IMG/VR virus record: IMGVR_UViG_2974695582_000001
Location: 46,918 to 110,917 of that record
Strand: one strand, 5' to 3'
Length of the DNA: 64,000 nt
Source of the DNA: a virus
Taxonomy: Duplodnaviria > Heunggongvirae > Uroviricota > Caudoviricetes
The notes under the pieces were generated by a model that saw nothing but the letters and a program-made list of their open reading frames with translations, had not been told where the DNA came from and did no database searches. Each line of letters begins with the position of its first letter. Position 1 is the stretch's first letter. Below, in pieces: positions 35,771 to 44,292 of this stretch. A program made the position numbers and the translations under genes.

Positions 35771-36232
35771 ATGACAGAGAAAAGATGTAGCTTTCCAGAT
35801 TGCGAATACCCCTTCCTAGCGAAGGGGTATTGCAACAATCACTATCAGCAATCAAGGTCTGGTAGAGAGCTTGTTCCAGTAAGGCCAAGGTCAAAAAATG
35901 GTTCTGGAACGATTAACACAGATGGCTATAGAATCGTCTATAAGCCTGGCCATCCCAATTGCCAATCAAATGGTAGGATTGCCGAACATCGTTGGGTCAT
36001 GTCGGAAAGTCTTGGAAGACCTCTTGAGGAGTATGAAGAGGTTCATCACAAGAATGGTGACAGACTTGACAATCGCCTTGAGAATCTGGAACTATGGGTT
36101 CGTAGGCAGCCGCCTGGACAACGGGCGGAAGACTTGCTAGAGTGGGCATACGAAATCATTAGACGATATGGAGATGAAAATGACTCACGTTTCAGCAATC
36201 TTTTCAGTGGACGACCTGAACAAGGCAATTGA
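35771..36232 (+). CDS. HNH homing endonuclease (HNH_3-like)
   Basis: GYRIVYKPGHP...GRIAEHRWVM...EVHHKNGDRLDNRLENLEL. Confidence 0.65.
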   Translation: MTEKRCSFPDCEYPFLAKGYCNNHYQQSRSGRELVPVRPRSKNGSGTINTDGYRIVYKPGHPNCQSNGRIAEHRWVMSESLGRPLEEYEEVHHKNGDRLDNRLENLELWVRRQPPGQRAEDLLEWAYEIIRRYGDENDSRFSNLFSGRPEQGN

Positions 36233-37247
36233 GGACGGTTGGGTCAGGGTCCAGACGAATGAGGATAATACCCTCTCTATTTACAATTATACAGAAGCGA
36301 GCCAGTATAAGCGTTACTGGAATGATGTGACGCTGAATTGTCGGGGTTTGATTCTCGACAGCTACAATCACATTGTGGCACGTCCTTGGAAGAAGTTCTT
36401 CAATTTCGGTGAGCGTCCGCTTCTGTTTTCTACGGATGACCCAGTTGAGGTAACGGATAAGAAGGATGGCTCATTGGGTATTCTTTACCAGCACCCAATG
36501 ACTGGTGATTACCGAATTGCAACTCGTGGCTCTTTTCTTTCTGACCAGGCAATTCACGCAACAAACGTCTGGGATAACAAGTACAGCCACATTGCAGACC
36601 CGTGGCACGGAGTAACCTTCTTGTTTGAGATTGTGTACCCTGAGAACCGCATTGTTTTGGATTATGGTGAGACTGATGACCTTATCCTTCTTGGTGCAGT
36701 TCAGAATCAGTACGGTTGGTACTACGGTCCCAACGAGGCTGCGGGTATGCTCAACTGGACTGGCCCGGTCACAGAGGTCTTTGAGTACCGCACCACGAAC
36801 GACTGCTTCAAGGTGCATCGCTCAAATGCTGAGGGTCTGGTAATTCGGTGCGGTAGTGAGATGGTCAAGTTGAAGCAGGAGGACTACGTAGCTTTGCACA
36901 AGCTAGTTACGGGTCTGAACGAGCGGGCTGTGTGGGAGCGCTTGATGGCAGGTGAGAGTCGTGATACTATCTGTTCATCGCTTCCGGATGAGTTCCACGG
37001 ATTTGTTGACAAGGTGGCCGATGAGCTGGAGACTCAGTTCAAGGAGATTTACCACTCTTCTCACGTGAGTTACTGCGAGATTCTTAACAAGATGCCTGGA
37101 AAGTCGGCACTTCCTAAGAATGAGTGGCGTAAGTTGTTTGCATCATATGCGGTAAAGATGCCCAACTACGACCTTATATTCAATTACTTGGACAACCGTC
37201 CGGTTGCTGAGTCAATTTGGAAGATGATTCGTCCGAAGGGTGAGTAA
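36180..37247 (+). CDS. ATP-dependent RNA ligase, Rnl1 (T4 RnlA)-like
   Basis: Nucleotidyltransferase motif I VTDKKDGSLGILY (KxDGSL as in T4 Rnl1). 355 aa. A Pnk-like kinase lies downstream. Confidence 0.6.
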   Translation: MTHVSAIFSVDDLNKAIEDGWVRVQTNEDNTLSIYNYTEASQYKRYWNDVTLNCRGLILDSYNHIVARPWKKFFNFGERPLLFSTDDPVEVTDKKDGSLGILYQHPMTGDYRIATRGSFLSDQAIHATNVWDNKYSHIADPWHGVTFLFEIVYPENRIVLDYGETDDLILLGAVQNQYGWYYGPNEAAGMLNWTGPVTEVFEYRTTNDCFKVHRSNAEGLVIRCGSEMVKLKQEDYVALHKLVTGLNERAVWERLMAGESRDTICSSLPDEFHGFVDKVADELETQFKEIYHSSHVSYCEILNKMPGKSALPKNEWRKLFASYAVKMPNYDLIFNYLDNRPVAESIWKMIRPKGE

Positions 37248-37269
37248 TTAAATGTGGTCCCTGATTCCC

Positions 37270-37310
37270 CCGGCATATCTGTTACTTGGAATTGCCGGGG
37301 GTTCTTGGGT
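37270..37310 (+). terminator. Rho-independent terminator
   Basis: CCCCCGGCAtatctgttacttggaatTGCCGGGGGttctt. Confidence 0.55.
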
Positions 37311-37406
37311 TAACTTTTCGTTCTGGTCTGGTCTACTGACACTATGTGTGGTAGGGTGGGTCAAGTTAAGTTAACCGCTGCGGGCTAGTCCCGCAAGCTT
37401 GGAGGT

Positions 37407-37679
37407 ATGATGGATTACGAAAAGATTATTGATGGATATAACGACCTTCGTGAAACATGTCTTGTAATTGCTAAGCTTAACGATGAATTGATGGGTCCAG
37501 ATAGATGGCTGAAGTTTGCCATTCAGGATTCTGACATCACGCTGATGTTTACAGAGCGAGGCATCGTGTGCTATGGTAGTGCTTACACGACACAGACTAT
37601 GGACAACGAACACTTCAGTTTCATGATTCCGTTTGAATACATAGAGGAGTTTGAGGCAAATGCTAGAGCTGGTGATTAA
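37407..37679 (+). CDS. hypothetical protein
   Basis: 90-aa ORF after GGAGG. Confidence 0.45.
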   Translation: MMDYEKIIDGYNDLRETCLVIAKLNDELMGPDRWLKFAIQDSDITLMFTERGIVCYGSAYTTQTMDNEHFSFMIPFEYIEEFEANARAGD

Positions 37680-38085
37680 CCGGGGGATTCCGGGAAGCGG
37701 TAAGTCAACGTATGCTCGCAAGTGGGTATTCGATGGAACTCCGCTCAATCGTCGTGCTAGAGTTAACCGTGATGACATCCGTAAGCAGCTTTACGGAGTT
37801 GACTTCGGGGTTCCAGTTGAGGAGACTGCTGTAACTGCTGTCGAGTACGCTATGATTCGCTCTTTGCTTGAGCGCGGAGTGTCTGTTATTGTTGACGACT
37901 GCAACATCAGTCAGCGATACATTACTGCATTTACAAAGATTGCAAAGGAGTTTGATGCTGAGGTGAGGGTAAACCTTATCGATGTTGAGCTTGATGTTGC
38001 AATCCAGCGTAATCAGGGCAGGGAGCGTTTCGTTCCTGTCCATGTAATTGAGGACATGTATAGGCGACTTCAGGAGCAACTGTGA
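37651..38085 (+). CDS. polynucleotide kinase-like P-loop kinase (Pnk/zeta-toxin fold)
   Basis: Walker A GIPGSGKST. Walker B-like IVDDCN. 144 aa. Confidence 0.55.
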   Translation: MRQMLELVINRGIPGSGKSTYARKWVFDGTPLNRRARVNRDDIRKQLYGVDFGVPVEETAVTAVEYAMIRSLLERGVSVIVDDCNISQRYITAFTKIAKEFDAEVRVNLIDVELDVAIQRNQGRERFVPVHVIEDMYRRLQEQL

Positions 38086-38276
38086 TGATTCTTGGAATTC
38101 TCGGCGGGATTCTGGTAACATGGTTTCTCGCCGGGTTTGTCCTTGCAGGAGTATGGACTATTCTTGCAAGTGAACCTGCTGACAAGTTTATCGGAGTAGT
38201 TGTAATCGTAGTTGCTTCTGTGATATGGTGGTTCCTAGTAGGAACACACATTAATTGGGATGGTCTAATTGAATAA
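38082..38276 (+). CDS. hypothetical membrane protein
   Basis: 64 aa with two TM helices. Confidence 0.4.
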   Translation: MMILGILGGILVTWFLAGFVLAGVWTILASEPADKFIGVVVIVVASVIWWFLVGTHINWDGLIE

Positions 38277-38493
38277 TATTCCAGAAGCAGATTATTTCGA
38301 TTCGATTGAGGTCCTTCCACACGAAGAAGATTTCACCATGTGGAAGGTTGTTGGAATCAGAATTGATATGGACAACATCAAGTCCACCATCTTGAAGGAT
38401 TACATCGCGAACAAGGCCCTTGCGGAAGCGTTCGTAAGATGGTACACTGATAAGTATTGGTTGGACATGTTCGGTGGGGCGCAAGACTGCTGA
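38269..38493 (+). CDS. hypothetical protein
   Basis: 74-aa ORF. Confidence 0.4.
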   Translation: MNNIPEADYFDSIEVLPHEEDFTMWKVVGIRIDMDNIKSTILKDYIANKALAEAFVRWYTDKYWLDMFGGAQDC

Positions 38494-38515
38494 ACGATGC
38501 GGCTTCGGCCGCAAG

Positions 38516-38546
38516 CTTGACAACATCTGATGTTGTCTGTTAAGAT
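38516..38546 (+). promoter_or_regulatory. promoter TTGACA-N19-TAAGAT with operator-like inverted repeat
   Basis: AAGCTTGACAACATCtgaTGTTGTC: the -35 lies within a 9-bp inverted repeat. Precedes tRNA-Leu. Confidence 0.4.
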
Positions 38547-38561
38547 AGAATACATAAGCAA

Positions 38562-38644
38562 GCCCGTGTGGTGGAATTCGGCAGACACGCTAGTCTTAGG
38601 AACTAGTCTCTTCGGGGGTGCAGGTTCAAGTCCTGTCACGGGTA
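38562..38644 (+). tRNA. tRNA-Leu (anticodon TAG), type II
   Basis: Acceptor gcccgtg/cacgggt. Anticodon stem ctagt/actag with loop cttagga. Long variable arm. T-arm gcagg-ttcaagt-cctgt. Confidence 0.6.
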
Positions 38645-38673
38645 CGTAAAGATTAACAATCAAGGAGTTAATA

Positions 38674-38868
38674 ATGGGTTACAAGTTTGGTCAGGGCGCT
38701 AAGGTTAAGTCTAAGAAGACTGGCAATGAGAGCACTGTCCGGATGCGAGACAATTCGCATCCCAAGGGAAATCGATATATTCTCGCTAATGGTGAGAATC
38801 TTTTCGAGAGTGAAGTGACTGTTCCCGACCCGCCTGCGAAGAAGAAGGGTCTTTTCCGCAGGAAGTGA
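38674..38868 (+). CDS. hypothetical protein
   Basis: 64-aa ORF after AAGGAG. Confidence 0.45.
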   Translation: MGYKFGQGAKVKSKKTGNESTVRMRDNSHPKGNRYILANGENLFESEVTVPDPPAKKKGLFRRK

Positions 38869-38906
38869 TAAATCTGGGGCTTCGGTCCCAAGCTTAGGAG
38901 GTCATA

Positions 38907-39107
38907 ATGGCTAGAAAAGTTGCTAACGAAACTCCAGTCAGAGTTCATGACCCAAGACAACTAAATGCAGCTCATAGAAATAAGCTAGGAATCATCAAGG
39001 ATAGTGAAAAGAAAATCGGTGGTGTCTGGTCATATAAGGTGAAGTTGAACAATGGTCCTGAACTTTGGTTTGATGAGGGAGAGCTAAGAGTTCTCAAGAA
39101 CACATGA
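38907..39107 (+). CDS. hypothetical protein
   Basis: 66-aa ORF after TAGGAGG. Confidence 0.45.
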   Translation: MARKVANETPVRVHDPRQLNAAHRNKLGIIKDSEKKIGGVWSYKVKLNNGPELWFDEGELRVLKNT

Positions 39108-39292
39108 AACTACCACATTATATTAGTAGGAAGTCTTGGTCTCAGGGAGACCGAGTTGTTGTAGCAGTTGGACAACACAAGGGTAAGCATGGTACAGTGA
39201 AGCTGTTCGCCACGAAGCACAATTACTTGGTGCTTCTTGATGGTGAAGATAGACCAAGACAATTTCATAAAGGTGCTCTAGACCCAGAATAG
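39104..39292 (+). CDS. hypothetical protein
   Basis: 62-aa ORF. Confidence 0.4.
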   Translation: MKLPHYISRKSWSQGDRVVVAVGQHKGKHGTVKLFATKHNYLVLLDGEDRPRQFHKGALDPE

Positions 39293-39306
39293 GGGGATAA
39301 ATTAAT

Positions 39307-39468
39307 ATGGCTAACGAAAAGAATCCAGTACCCAAGTCAGCTAAGTATTCCGTGAAGTGCGAAAAGTCTAATACGGGCAAGCACAAGCCACAGACATATG
39401 AGGGCAAGTACCAGGGTAAGGCTATTAAGTGGAAGGCTTGCACTGAGTGCGGCGGTACGCTAAAGTAA
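39307..39468 (+). CDS. hypothetical small zinc-ribbon protein
   Basis: 53 aa. Contains CEKS...CTECGG. Confidence 0.35.
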   Translation: MANEKNPVPKSAKYSVKCEKSNTGKHKPQTYEGKYQGKAIKWKACTECGGTLK

Positions 39469-39489
39469 CACCAAGCCCTTCGGGGCAAT

Positions 39490-39561
39490 GCCGGTTTAGC
39501 TCAGCGGAAGAGCGTCTGCCTTACAAGCAGAGGGCCGGGGGTTCAACTCCCTCAACCGGTA
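39490..39561 (+). tRNA. tRNA-Val (anticodon TAC)
   Basis: Acceptor gccggtt/aaccggt. D tagctcagcggaagagc. Anticodon stem tctgc/gcaga with loop cttacaa. T-arm ggggg-ttcaact-ccctc. Confidence 0.6.
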
Positions 39562-39653
39562 CGCTATGAGAAAGTTTAAGATTGAGGAATGGTGTGGCCC
39601 ATTCCTCATCATCTTTGTAGCTATAATGATTATCTATAGTGAAAACAAATAAT

Positions 39654-39727
39654 GGCGGTGTAGCCCAATGGCAGGAGGCGGCAGATTCAAAACCTGTACA
39701 GTGTGGGTTCGAATCCCACCACCGCTA
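39654..39727 (+). tRNA. tRNA, class I, apparent anticodon CAA (Leu-like, unusual)
   Basis: Acceptor ggcggtg/caccgct. T-arm gtggg-ttcgaat-cccac. Best anticodon fold gcaga/cctgt with loop ttcaaaa and a short variable arm. Confidence 0.4.
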
Positions 39728-39831
39728 CATGTCTCTTGGAAGACCACCGGGCGAAGTCCCGAATCCAAGTGGTGGTACAAAACCACGACAGCCGCGACCT
39801 TCTACAGGTCCTAAAAGATAAAAGGAGAATC

Positions 39832-40020
39832 ATGATGAAGTTTGTTAAGGTTGATGAAGACGCTTACGAGGTTACCGTTAATCTCGACACCATTCGTAGG
39901 ATTGGTGAACTTCAGGGTGATGAGCGAAATGAGGTCATTGGTACCAGTTTCCAAAATGCCCATGAGCGACTTTCGCAGCCTGAGGCAACTGAGGTTGCTG
40001 AGGAAGTAACCGCAGCATGA
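39832..40020 (+). CDS. hypothetical protein
   Basis: ATG after AAAAGGAGAA. About 62 aa. Confidence 0.45.
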   Translation: MMKFVKVDEDAYEVTVNLDTIRRIGELQGDERNEVIGTSFQNAHERLSQPEATEVAEEVTAA

Positions 40021-40067
40021 TGAACGGCCCCGGAAACGGGGCCAAGCTTTTGAGAGAAGGTGGTTAA

Positions 40068-40292
40068 ATGTCCAAGTGGATTCAGCCGGGTAACCGGATT
40101 ATGGACAAGGCGTATTTGCGCGATGGCAGCGTGACATATACTGGTGAGCAGCTAGTGCTAGCACTTTTGTTGCACACCAAGGGTCGAACTAAGCGAGGCT
40201 CTGGTGAGCTTGAGCAAGTTGCTAAGATGCTTGATGACCCAAACATCAATCGAAAGAGGACACCCCGTAGGAAGCCTAAGAAGGCAGCCTGA
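40068..40292 (+). CDS. hypothetical protein
   Basis: 74-aa ORF after GAGAAGG. Confidence 0.45.
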   Translation: MSKWIQPGNRIMDKAYLRDGSVTYTGEQLVLALLLHTKGRTKRGSGELEQVAKMLDDPNINRKRTPRRKPKKAA

Positions 40293-40327
40293 CGGGGTTT
40301 TCCCGTTTTACGATAAAGGAGAATGAA

Positions 40328-40681
40328 ATGGCACAGATAATTATTAACCGTTCTGAATCCCGCTGCGGTAATTGTGGAAGGCAAGCCTTTATGGAAGAGA
40401 CTGGCCATTATACAGTTGCTGGATATAAGGACAATGGTGAGCCTGGTTGCGGAGAGGTCTGGGATAGTGTAAGCTCTGACTATCTGAACATTCCGGCGAT
40501 GCTTGTTGCTGGTGAAGATGGATACTGGTTCGCAGAAAATTTGCGAGGGCTTCCTGTTTATGATGCTAGCAGTCCAGAACCGATTGGAGTTTATGGTGGC
40601 CCGTCAAGAAAGGATGCGGAAGTGTCAGCGCTGCGGCGTCAAGCGGATATCCCCGTTTCTTCAGACGACGATTTGCGGTGA
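40328..40681 (+). CDS. hypothetical protein
   Basis: 117-aa ORF after AAAGGAGAA. Confidence 0.45.
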   Translation: MAQIIINRSESRCGNCGRQAFMEETGHYTVAGYKDNGEPGCGEVWDSVSSDYLNIPAMLVAGEDGYWFAENLRGLPVYDASSPEPIGVYGGPSRKDAEVSALRRQADIPVSSDDDLR

Positions 40682-40716
40682 ATGCAAGGCTCTCGATATT
40701 ATTTTGGAGGTAACTA

Positions 40717-40884
40717 ATGGCAGATTGGTACAGGACACACAATGTGAGTCCGGAAGCAGTGAGTGAAGAAGAGTATCGTGATTGGCTTGCTGTGAATGTG
40801 AGTGTTGAAGAGGCAGACCGTTTCTGGTATGGTGTTGAAGACGCAGAGTTTCTAGGGGATGATGACTATGGCCGGACTTCCTAA
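40717..40884 (+). CDS. hypothetical small acidic protein
   Basis: 55 aa after GGAGG. Confidence 0.35.
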   Translation: MADWYRTHNVSPEAVSEEEYRDWLAVNVSVEEADRFWYGVEDAEFLGDDDYGRTS

Positions 40885-41095
40885 GAAACTGTACTATGTT
40901 CTTATCAAGCCTGGTGGTAAGCCTCTTGGGTATGGTAAGAAGGGTGGCGGTAAGTACACAAGTCGTTCCGCTGCTGAATCTCAGGCAGAAGATTTGAAGA
41001 AGCAAGGTGTCAATGTGACTTTGTGGGAATCTTCAGAGATTGATTGGACTGAAGTTCCAATTTCGGTTCCAGAGAACCAGGAACCTCTATGGTAA
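40859..41095 (+). CDS. hypothetical protein
   Basis: 78-aa ORF. Confidence 0.4.
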   Translation: MMTMAGLPKKLYYVLIKPGGKPLGYGKKGGGKYTSRSAAESQAEDLKKQGVNVTLWESSEIDWTEVPISVPENQEPLW

Positions 41096-41772
41096 AGGTA
41101 CTATTCGTAACTGGTGCCGGGATTTCTGCTAATGCGGGAATCCCAACATACCGTGACGGAGGTTCATCATGGAAGGATGCCGACCTTGAGAAAAAGTCTC
41201 ACGCGTCCCGTTATGGCAACCACCTAGATGAGCTGTGGGATAAGCATTGGGGGCCTGTAGCAAAGGCTATGGGGCAGGCTGAGCCGACACAGACTCATCG
41301 TGCGATTGCTGAGTTTCAGAAGGACAACCCCAGCATCGTAGCAACTCAGAACATCGATGACTTGCACGAACGGGCGGGGTCTGATAACGTAGCTCATGTG
41401 CACGGAAGTATGGTCATTAAGTGCATCCGATGTAAGCGAAGCCACCTTGAAACAAAGTGGTTTGGCAAGGGTGCACCTGTATGTCCTCACTGTGGAAAGT
41501 CTAAGACTCGTCCAGATGTGGTACTCTTTGGTGAGAAGTTGGACCTGAAGATGTTTGCTGCACTTGAGTCTTTCGCTAAGCATGATGCAGATGTTATTGT
41601 TGCTGTTGGAACCTCACTGAATGTGTTTCCTGCGGCGGGTTTGGTAATGGATAATATCGCAAAGTCTGTCATCATCAATAAGGAGAAGACACCTTTCGAC
41701 AAGTTCGCGTACAAGGTCTACAATGATGATTGTGATTCCGTAATTGATGAAGTCCTAGGAGGACTAAACTAA
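41089..41772 (+). CDS. Sir2-family NAD-dependent protein deacylase / ADP-ribosyltransferase (sirtuin)
   Basis: Sir2 family motifs: GAGISANAGIPTYR, QNIDDLHERAG, catalytic HG (AHVHGS). Zn ribbon CIRC...CPHC. Also RPDVVLFGE. Confidence 0.85.
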   Translation: MVKVLFVTGAGISANAGIPTYRDGGSSWKDADLEKKSHASRYGNHLDELWDKHWGPVAKAMGQAEPTQTHRAIAEFQKDNPSIVATQNIDDLHERAGSDNVAHVHGSMVIKCIRCKRSHLETKWFGKGAPVCPHCGKSKTRPDVVLFGEKLDLKMFAALESFAKHDADVIVAVGTSLNVFPAAGLVMDNIAKSVIINKEKTPFDKFAYKVYNDDCDSVIDEVLGGLN

Positions 41773-42249
41773 ATGGTAACGTATGTCAAGGGTGATGCGA
41801 CCAATCCTCAGGGTGATGGTCCAAAGATTATCGCTCACGTCTGCAATGATGAGGGCGGATGGGGAGCAGGATTTGTTCTGGCAGTTGATAAGTTGTCTCC
41901 GCGCCCGAAGAATTTTTACAAGAATGAGTACGCGTTCTATATGAACGCTGGTTATGCATTCATGCCTCTTGGCGTGATTGACGTTGTTCCTGTTGGTGGG
42001 GATGTTTATGTGTGCAATATGGTTGCCCAACATCGCACAATTCGTTCAGTTGAAAAGCCTATCTGTTACAAGTCTCTTGAGATTTGCCTGACTAAGTTGG
42101 CTGAGTATGCTGTTGCTGAAAACGCAACAGTTCATATGCCTCGCATTGGCTGCGGTCTTGCGGGTGGCAACTGGGATGTGGTAGAGTCAATTATCAACCG
42201 CACACTGACTCTTCGAGATGTGGATGTCACTGTGTATGACCTTCCGTAA
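41773..42249 (+). CDS. macrodomain protein (ADP-ribose binding/hydrolase)
   Basis: Macro-fold motifs: VKGDATNPQGDGPKIIAHVCNDEGGWGAGF and IGCGLAGGNW. Lies immediately after the sirtuin gene. Confidence 0.65.
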   Translation: MVTYVKGDATNPQGDGPKIIAHVCNDEGGWGAGFVLAVDKLSPRPKNFYKNEYAFYMNAGYAFMPLGVIDVVPVGGDVYVCNMVAQHRTIRSVEKPICYKSLEICLTKLAEYAVAENATVHMPRIGCGLAGGNWDVVESIINRTLTLRDVDVTVYDLP

Positions 42250-42306
42250 GGAGGGTGCGGGGAAACCCGCAAGCTTCATTGGTTCGAAAACAAAGGAGAA
42301 TAACCA

Positions 42307-44232
42307 ATGCGACCTAATGCAAATGTTGCTGAACGCCAGGGTGACCTTGGTGGACAGAAGATTGCAATGACGTTCGACCAGAATAGCCTTGCGCATCTTA
42401 TGAGGGTTATGACTGACCTGTATTCTGACCCTGAGCTTGCAGTTATTCGCGAGTATAGCACAAATGCGTGGGATTCCCACAAGGCCGCTGGTGTTACCCG
42501 CCCAATTGAGGTTACGCTTCCTAATGGTCTCTCGCCTTTCTTCAAGGTGAAGGACTTCGGTCTTGGTATGGATATCTCTGATATTGAGAATATCTATTCT
42601 CAGTATGGTGCTTCTACTAAGCGTGACACTGATGACCAGGTTGGTATGCTTGGGCTTGGTTGTAAGTCTGCTCTTTCTTACACTCAGCAGTTCAATGTTG
42701 TTGCTGTAAAGAATGGCCGGAAGTACAATGTGGCTGTAAGTCGTACCGAAGATGGTTCTGGAATGATGGAAATTGTTCTGGACACTGAAACTGATGAGCC
42801 AAATGGTGTTGAAATTATTGTTCCGGTAAAGCGTGGACATAACTTTCAGCGGAAGGCCATTGAGTTCTATCAGTTCTGGGAAAAGGGCAGTGTCCTGGTT
42901 GATGGAACTGAGCCGAATTACATTTCTGGCCGGGAGGTCAAGGATGGTATTCTGATGGTTCCTGACCTGTCCAAGGATTATCTTGTTATGGGTAATGTTG
43001 GATACCCTCTAGCTGATAATTATCAGCTTGGTAATCGTAACTACTACTCAAAGTATGGTGTTGTGGCTCGTGTGGACATTGGAGATGTGAATTTCACTCC
43101 TTCCCGTGAGTCTCTGCACTACACTAAGATGACTGAGGCAACGATTAACCGGATTCGTGAGGAATTCAAGGCTGGTTTGGACGGAATCGTTGAGCGTGAT
43201 GTTGCTGCATGTAAGTCTCAGGAAGAGGCTCTGAATACTTATCTTGAGTGGTACAATCTTCTTGGTGGTGGCTATAATCGCTATCCATTCCCTGACTGTG
43301 AGTACCAGGGTAAGAAGGTTCCTCTGAAGATTAACCATCCGTTCCTGTCTTACAAGGTGAATCACACGCGGTATGCTGTTGATTCTCATGCATGGATTGA
43401 CATTAAGACTGCCCGCGATACTCCGATTATTTATGGATTCGCTGGAGAAAAGATTAGTGGTCATCAGCGTGAGAAGATGCGTACATGGCGAACGATGAAT
43501 GGCTTTGAGTCCAACAACATTCTTATTTGCGACGAGCTTCCTGAGATTCTTGAGGAAGACTGGATTCCTGAGTCTAAGATTTATTCTTGGGAGGATGTTA
43601 AGAAGGCTAAGGCTCCGGGACAGAAGACTGGTCGTCCGAAGGCTATGTTTGATGTGTGGCTTCCGGGGGCTGTCAGAATCAAGTCGGTAACGGCTGACGA
43701 TTTTCCTGACGACGCTAGGATTGCTCTGGTGGCTCCGAGGGACGTTCCTAATAACAAGGTGGTTCTAAAGTTTATTGAAGAGCATGACGATGTCATGATT
43801 GTTCGCCTTCAGTCTTATCGTTGGGAGAAGTTCAGGAAGTCGTACCCGCAGGCATTGAATCTTGGTGACATGCTTGCTAAGATGTACAACGAGTCGGTAG
43901 AAGCACTGACCGATGATGACAAGTTCAACTTGGGCCTTGACTATCGGGTGCGAAGTCTGCTACAGTCACTTAATGAGGCAGAAATCAATGACCCTGAGCT
44001 TGTGAAGGCTATCATTGCTGCAAAGGAGGTCACTCCTAGTGCTACGCTCAAGCGATATGAGCAGATGAATGACCTGTTTTCCGGGCATTACTTTGTCCGA
44101 AGGTCTAGTCTGAACATCAATAGGATTAACCCGCTTGAGAAGTACACTCTGCTTCAGAATTCGTACTACAATTACGATGTGAAGCACGCTACTGTTTACA
44201 TTAATGCCGCTTATGAGGCTTTCGTAAAGTGA
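42307..44232 (+). CDS. GHKL-family ATPase domain protein (possibly rIIA-like)
   Basis: GHKL motifs: N-box EYSTNAWDS, G1 DFGLGMD, G2 GMLGLGCKSALSY. 641 aa. Followed by a 336-aa partner ORF. Confidence 0.6.
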   Translation: MRPNANVAERQGDLGGQKIAMTFDQNSLAHLMRVMTDLYSDPELAVIREYSTNAWDSHKAAGVTRPIEVTLPNGLSPFFKVKDFGLGMDISDIENIYSQYGASTKRDTDDQVGMLGLGCKSALSYTQQFNVVAVKNGRKYNVAVSRTEDGSGMMEIVLDTETDEPNGVEIIVPVKRGHNFQRKAIEFYQFWEKGSVLVDGTEPNYISGREVKDGILMVPDLSKDYLVMGNVGYPLADNYQLGNRNYYSKYGVVARVDIGDVNFTPSRESLHYTKMTEATINRIREEFKAGLDGIVERDVAACKSQEEALNTYLEWYNLLGGGYNRYPFPDCEYQGKKVPLKINHPFLSYKVNHTRYAVDSHAWIDIKTARDTPIIYGFAGEKISGHQREKMRTWRTMNGFESNNILICDELPEILEEDWIPESKIYSWEDVKKAKAPGQKTGRPKAMFDVWLPGAVRIKSVTADDFPDDARIALVAPRDVPNNKVVLKFIEEHDDVMIVRLQSYRWEKFRKSYPQALNLGDMLAKMYNESVEALTDDDKFNLGLDYRVRSLLQSLNEAEINDPELVKAIIAAKEVTPSATLKRYEQMNDLFSGHYFVRRSSLNINRINPLEKYTLLQNSYYNYDVKHATVYINAAYEAFVK

Positions 44233-44292
44233 GTAGTGGCCCCCGAATGGGGGCAAGCTTCTGCAAATAACTAATATTAGGAGAAAATACAG

